A stretch of DNA of 64,000 nucleotides from Vallitaleaceae bacterium (GTDB taxonomy: Bacteria; Bacillota; Clostridia; Lachnospirales; Vallitaleaceae). The stretch lies in the NCBI GenBank assembly GCA_963677885.1, contig OY782500.1, positions 5,098,136 through 5,162,135 of the forward strand, read 5' to 3'. A program made the position numbers and the translations under genes. Below the pieces are notes generated by a model. That model searched no databases and was not told the origin of the DNA. It was given only the letters and a program-made list of their open reading frames with translations. Shown here piece by piece: positions 59,356 to 64,000 of the stretch (position 1 is its first letter; each line of letters starts with the position of its first letter).

Positions 59356-59751
59356 ATGGCAGGTTTTTTTGATAATTTAAAAAAGGGCTTAGATAAAGGA
59401 ACTAAAATGGTTAGTGCCAAGTCAAGCCAGGTAATTGAAACTAACAAGGTTAAGTCTGAAATTGCAGCTCTTAAGAAATCAAAAGCAGAAGCGATCACTA
59501 CTATCGGATCTAAAGTTTACGAGGCTAAAGAAGCTTTCACTTATGATTTGGTAGCTGAAGAGGTTGAAGCTATTTCCGGTTACGAAGTAGCTATTGAAGA
59601 AAAAGAAGCTGAACTTGAGAGAATCCGTATTGAGACTGAAACAAAAATGAACGAAATCAAAGCCGATACAGAAGCCGTAACTGTAGAAGAAGTAGACGGT
59701 GCTGTAGAAGTAGATATTGAAGTTCAAGATCACGTTGAAGAGGATAAATAA
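59356..59751 (+). CDS. hypothetical acidic coiled-coil protein
   Basis: 131 aa, E/K-rich with predicted coiled coil. RBS AGGAGG upstream. Confidence 0.45.
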   Translation: MAGFFDNLKKGLDKGTKMVSAKSSQVIETNKVKSEIAALKKSKAEAITTIGSKVYEAKEAFTYDLVAEEVEAISGYEVAIEEKEAELERIRIETETKMNEIKADTEAVTVEEVDGAVEVDIEVQDHVEEDK

Positions 59752-59759
59752 TCGTTTTA

Positions 59760-60671
59760 ATGAAGAAAACTCTAAGTCTTGTTATGAGAATTGCCATGAT
59801 GATATCCATTATGGCAATTTTTATGTCATGTACACACAAAAGTGAAAATTTGAATACTGACTCAGAAGAAATTGTAAGGGTTCAAGACCTGAATCAAGAC
59901 ATGGTATTAGCCCTTGACAAGATTGTAGAAACCAAGGACCTCATGCTTATAGAACTCCAAAATCTTGCTTCTTTTTTAGACCAGGAGAAGCTCTATTACA
60001 AGGGAGCCTTTGAACTGGAAGATTATGATTCCTTTATGGACCAGTCTGCCTATAATCCTTTAGTTATTGAAGACAATTTTTCAAAGGCAAACCAAGATTA
60101 TCTTGATGGTCTTGAAAGTATTTCCAGTCAAGATGAAGACTATTATGGGCTTAATGAGCTCCTTGCCTATGAAGCTTTTTTGGCCCAGTTATTTCAAGAT
60201 ATGATGGCCTATCATTATGCCATGTTGGAAGCAGACTATCATCTAGAGGTCTTTGGCAATGCTATGAATGGTTTGTATGAGCTCCTTATATCCGGTGACC
60301 TGCCATCTGTTGAATATAATGACAGCCTGGATATGATCCTAAGTCAGTACTCCGCTTTGCTTGAAGTTGGAAGTGGGGACAATGATCTTGGGGGTACCTA
60401 TAATAAAGAAGAACTTTCAATTATGATCGGGGAACTGAAAAGTGCTAAAAGTCAGGTGGCCAATCTGGAGGTTGTCAATGCATTTGACCTTGAGTTAAAC
60501 ACCTTGGTTTACCAGATGCTGGATTCAGTTGAAAGAGCTTCTAGCGTCACCTATGAATTTGAAGTTCTCTTAGATAGACTTTCCTATAAAACAGGTGAGA
60601 CACTCATGAATGATTCAGCGGTTGATTTTCTGGAAGAGACTCTAAAAATGAATGCTTGGCCCCTTGAGTAA
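59760..60671 (+). CDS. hypothetical lipoprotein
   Basis: Signal peptide with lipobox (IMAIFMSCTHK), then an acidic alpha-helical protein of about 280 aa. Confidence 0.55.
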   Translation: MKKTLSLVMRIAMMISIMAIFMSCTHKSENLNTDSEEIVRVQDLNQDMVLALDKIVETKDLMLIELQNLASFLDQEKLYYKGAFELEDYDSFMDQSAYNPLVIEDNFSKANQDYLDGLESISSQDEDYYGLNELLAYEAFLAQLFQDMMAYHYAMLEADYHLEVFGNAMNGLYELLISGDLPSVEYNDSLDMILSQYSALLEVGSGDNDLGGTYNKEELSIMIGELKSAKSQVANLEVVNAFDLELNTLVYQMLDSVERASSVTYEFEVLLDRLSYKTGETLMNDSAVDFLEETLKMNAWPLE

Positions 60672-60699
60672 ATGTACCTCTTAGGAGGCAAACAAGATG

Positions 60700-60728
60700 T
60701 TGACGAATCAAAATCTCCATGTTATACT
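60700..60728 (+). promoter_or_regulatory. sigma-A promoter for the glyQS T-box leader (TTGACG, 17-nt spacer, TATACT)
   Basis: Read from the sequence. Confidence 0.5.
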
Positions 60729-60734
60729 CCATTG

Positions 60735-60995
60735 TAATAGAAGAGTAGGTGGTTTTGAGGAAGATAAAGCCGGCTCTTATATGAATAAGAATTATATAAT
60801 TACGTTGATAAAGAAGAGTAATTCGTCATTGTCTTGACCAGTGATTCCGGGCTAGTGTGAACCGGGACAGGAAACCGAATGAAGGCGCTTTGGAGTAATC
60901 TTAATTAAGCGGATACGGATGTATCAATTAGGGTGGAACCGCGGATAGAGTAATCTTTTCGTCCCTTGTCTGGGAGAATTGGATTACTTTTTTTG
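60735..60995 (+). promoter_or_regulatory. glycine-specific T-box riboswitch leader of glyQS
   Basis: T-box sequence AATTAGGGTGGAACCGCGG at 60926-60944. It overlaps a terminator (AGTAATC...GATTACT plus TTTTTTT) ending at about 60995. The classic glyQS context is established knowledge. Confidence 0.85.
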
Positions 60996-61105
60996 TACCA
61001 AATTTTAGACTTATGTATAAGCGCTTATGTCTAGTAAGGAAGTGATCTTCTCCAATCCACACGTTGGATGAACACTATAAAGGCATAAAAGAAAGGAAGA
61101 TGAAC

Positions 61106-62494
61106 ATGGAAAAAACAATGGAAAAAATTGTTGCTTTAGCTAAAGCAAGAGGATTTGTTTATCCTGGATCAGAGATTTACGGTGGTCTGGCTAACACTTG
61201 GGATTACGGTCCATTAGGTGTTGAACTAAAAAACAACGTTAAGAAGGCCTGGTGGCAAAAGTTTATTAAGGAGAGCCCATATAATGTCGGTGTTGACTGT
61301 GCCCTTCTCATGAACCCACAGGTTTGGGTGGCTTCAGGTCATGTTGGAGGATTCAACGATCCACTTATGGATTGTAAGTCCTGTAAAGAGCGTTTTAGAG
61401 CAGACCAGCTAATTGAAGAATATATGAAGGACAATAATATAGAAGTGTCCGATCCTGTAGATTCATGGACCAATGAGCAAATGAAGGAATACATTGATGA
61501 AAAGGGTATTGACTGTCCATCTTGTGGCGCTCATGACTTTACGGATATCCGTCAGTTCAACTTAATGTTCAAAACTTTCCAGGGTGTTACAGAAGATGCT
61601 AAGAACACGATTTACCTTCGTCCTGAAACTGCACAGGGTATCTTTGTTAACTTCAAGAACGTTCAAAGAACATCACGTAAAAAAATTCCATTTGGTATTG
61701 GTCAGATCGGTAAGTCCTTCCGTAATGAGATTACACCAGGTAACTTTACATTCAGAACCCGTGAATTTGAACAAATGGAATTGGAATTTTTCTGTAAGCC
61801 GGGCACCGACCTTGAATGGTTTGCCTACTGGAAAGATTACTGTGTAAACTGGTTACAGACTCTTGGTATGAAAGATGATGTGATGCGTGTTCGTGATCAC
61901 AGTGCTGAAGAATTATCCCATTACTCCAATGCAACTTCTGATATTGAATACCTTTTCCCATTTGGATGGGGCGAACTTTGGGGTATTGCCGATAGAACTG
62001 ATTTTGACTTAATGGCCCATCAAGAGCACTCAGGTCAAGACATGGCTTACTTTGATGACCAGGAAAAAGAAAAATATGTTCCTTATTGTATTGAACCATC
62101 ATTGGGTGCAGACCGTGTAACTTTGGCATTCCTTTGTGAAGCATACGATGAAGAGGAACTTGAAGGTGGCGATGTAAGAAACGTATTACGTTTCCATCCG
62201 GCTCTTGCACCGGTTAAGGTTGGTGTTCTTCCTCTTTCCAAGAAGCTTAATGATCAGGCTACTGATCTTTTTGCAAAACTTTCCAAAACTTACAACTGTG
62301 AATTTGATGACAGAGGTTCCATTGGTAAGCGTTACCGTCGTCAAGATGAGATTGGTACACCTTTCTGTATCACTTATGATTTTGATACTCTTGAAGATCA
62401 GGCAGTAACAGTACGTGACCGTGATACTATGGAACAGGAAAGAATCAAGATCGAAGATTTAAAAGCATATTTTGAAGAAAAATTTGATTTCTAG
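61106..62494 (+). CDS. glyQS: glycine--tRNA ligase (single-chain alpha2 type, GlyQS)
   Basis: N-terminus [36 protein letters not shown] is typical of this type. About 462 aa from ATG 61106 (RBS AAAGGAAG). Confidence 0.9.
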   Translation: MEKTMEKIVALAKARGFVYPGSEIYGGLANTWDYGPLGVELKNNVKKAWWQKFIKESPYNVGVDCALLMNPQVWVASGHVGGFNDPLMDCKSCKERFRADQLIEEYMKDNNIEVSDPVDSWTNEQMKEYIDEKGIDCPSCGAHDFTDIRQFNLMFKTFQGVTEDAKNTIYLRPETAQGIFVNFKNVQRTSRKKIPFGIGQIGKSFRNEITPGNFTFRTREFEQMELEFFCKPGTDLEWFAYWKDYCVNWLQTLGMKDDVMRVRDHSAEELSHYSNATSDIEYLFPFGWGELWGIADRTDFDLMAHQEHSGQDMAYFDDQEKEKYVPYCIEPSLGADRVTLAFLCEAYDEEELEGGDVRNVLRFHPALAPVKVGVLPLSKKLNDQATDLFAKLSKTYNCEFDDRGSIGKRYRRQDEIGTPFCITYDFDTLEDQAVTVRDRDTMEQERIKIEDLKAYFEEKFDF

Positions 62495-62826
62495 GTCTTT
62501 ATGACCAGATAAAAATACAGGCTAAAGCTTCTGAAAACAGAAGCTTTAGCTATGCTCGGTACCAATGTGGTCCCACAGGGCGAAATTGACAACACCTATA
62601 TGAAAAATCCTTCATAAAAATCGACAAGTTAGTTCTTAAAAATCATAGGTTTATAGTCATTTAGTCCAAAAAGAAAGCCAATCAGCAAGTTTACTAAAAA
62701 AGAACTTTAATTCAATAGGTTTTTATGTAATAATAGTAGGCGAGCTTATTATAATCAGGCGCTTTGTCAACTAGATATAACAAAAGCGTCCCAACAATAA
62801 CTATTTTTTATTAGGAGGAAACATTA

Positions 62827-64000
62827 ATGAGCAAAAAATTTGTTTACATGTTTACTGAAGCTGATAAGAGCATGAAAAACCTTCTTGGTGGTAAAGGTGC
62901 CAACCTTGCAGAAATGACAGGTTTAGGACTTCCAATTCCACAAGGTTTTACTGTATCTACTGAAGCTTGTATTCAGTACTATGAAGATGGCGAAAGCATT
63001 AACGCTGACATCGCTGCAGAAATCGAAGCATCACTTGCAAAACTTGAAGAAATGACTGGTAAGAAATTCGGCGACAACGAAATGCCACTTCTTGTATCAG
63101 TAAGATCAGGAGCTAGAGCTTCAATGCCTGGTATGATGGACACAGTTCTTAACTTAGGTTTGACTGATGTATCTGTTGAAGGTTTTGCAGCAAAAACTGG
63201 TAACCCAAGATTTGCATATGATTCATACAGAAGATTTATTCAAATGTTCTCTGATGTTGTTGTAGGTCTTCCAAAGCAACAATTCGAAAGAGTTCTTGAT
63301 GAAATCAAAGAAAGAAAAGGCGTAGAGTCAGACCTTGACCTTACTGCTGAAGATCTTAAAGAAATCATCAACGCATTTAAAGCATTCTATAAAGAGAAAA
63401 TCGGTGAAGAGTTCCCTCAAGATCCTAAATCTCAATTGATGGAAGCTGTTAAAGCTGTATTTAGATCATGGAACAACGAAAGAGCTATCGTTTACCGTCG
63501 TATGAACGATATCCCAGGTTCATGGGGAACAGCTGTTAACGTTCAATCAATGGTATTCGGTAACATGGGTGATACATCAGGTACTGGTGTTGCATTTACA
63601 AGAAACCCATCTACTGGTGAACCAGGTATCTATGGTGAGTACTTGATCAATGCACAAGGTGAAGACGTTGTTGCTGGTATCCGTACTCCACTTCAAATCA
63701 CTCAACTTGAAAACGATATGCCAGAAGTTTATGCTGAATTCATGGCAATCGCTAATAAATTAGAGCTTCACTACAAAGACATGCAAGACATGGAGTTCAC
63801 AATTGAAGACAAGAAGTTATACTTCCTTCAAACTCGTAACGGTAAGAGAACTGCTCAAGCGGCTCTTAAAATCGCTGTTGATCTTGTTGATGAAGGTCTT
63901 TGTACTCCAGAAGAAGTTATCCTTAAGGTTGAGCCTAAGCAATTAGACCAATTACTTCACCCAGTATTCGATGCTGAAGCATTGGCTGCTGCTGAAGTTG
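62827..64000 (+). CDS. ppdK: pyruvate, phosphate dikinase (N-terminal about 390 aa; continues beyond the window)
   Basis: MSKKFVYMFTEA...LLGGKGANLAEMTGLGLPIPQGFTVSTEAC is the PPDK ATP-grasp N-terminus. RBS AGGAGGAA. Not in the ORF track because there is no stop within the window. Confidence 0.9.
   Translation, partial: MSKKFVYMFTEADKSMKNLLGGKGANLAEMTGLGLPIPQGFTVSTEACIQYYEDGESINADIAAEIEASLAKLEEMTGKKFGDNEMPLLVSVRSGARASMPGMMDTVLNLGLTDVSVEGFAAKTGNPRFAYDSYRRFIQMFSDVVVGLPKQQFERVLDEIKERKGVESDLDLTAEDLKEIINAFKAFYKEKIGEEFPQDPKSQLMEAVKAVFRSWNNERAIVYRRMNDIPGSWGTAVNVQSMVFGNMGDTSGTGVAFTRNPSTGEPGIYGEYLINAQGEDVVAGIRTPLQITQLENDMPEVYAEFMAIANKLELHYKDMQDMEFTIEDKKLYFLQTRNGKRTAQAALKIAVDLVDEGLCTPEEVILKVEPKQLDQLLHPVFDAEALAAAEV

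Overview
Firmicutes-type (Clostridia-like, about 40% GC) chromosomal segment, mostly core metabolism and housekeeping. Main genes, 5' to 3': a T-box-controlled ilvH-ilvC-cimA-leuB-ilvD-ilvB operon; MarR-lon-hom; an EAL-HDOD protein; a two-gene ThrE-family exporter; glyA; class-3 fbp; ClpE-like ATPase; a low-GC islet with an AP2/HNH-type endonuclease and a SleB-like hydrolase; thrC; a CDF transporter; rubrerythrin; HD-GYP; a YdjI/YdjG/YdjH-like SPFH/Zn-ribbon/TPM cluster; an OmpR-type two-component system; pepF; a large degenerate-GGDEF/EAL protein; LysR; single-chain purL; three GNAT genes plus traX; proS (T-box); a ParB-like/BMP fusion; trpS; recO; glyQS (T-box); and the start of ppdK. The structure not explained by genes is of two kinds. 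(1) At least 5 copies, all within 8.7-23.6 kb, of a GC-rich hairpin element of about 150-170 bp with a conserved core (GGGCTTTGAT.CACGAATG ... CATTTGGG.ATCACTCGCCC). Its terminal stems differ between copies but stay complementary. Four of five copies lie just 3' of a gene, and one supplies the stop codon of the EAL-HDOD gene. (2) The region 48.0-50.3 kb holds three inverted-repeat junction elements of about 300-430 bp: arms of about 85 bp (variable but complementary, tandemly duplicated on one side) flank a conserved core of about 120 bp with a TTTCTGCTTGCAGAAA palindrome. They separate the GNAT genes and traX in a cassette-like array. No CRISPR array, rRNA or tRNA was detected. All calls are by eye from sequence motifs; no database searches were run.
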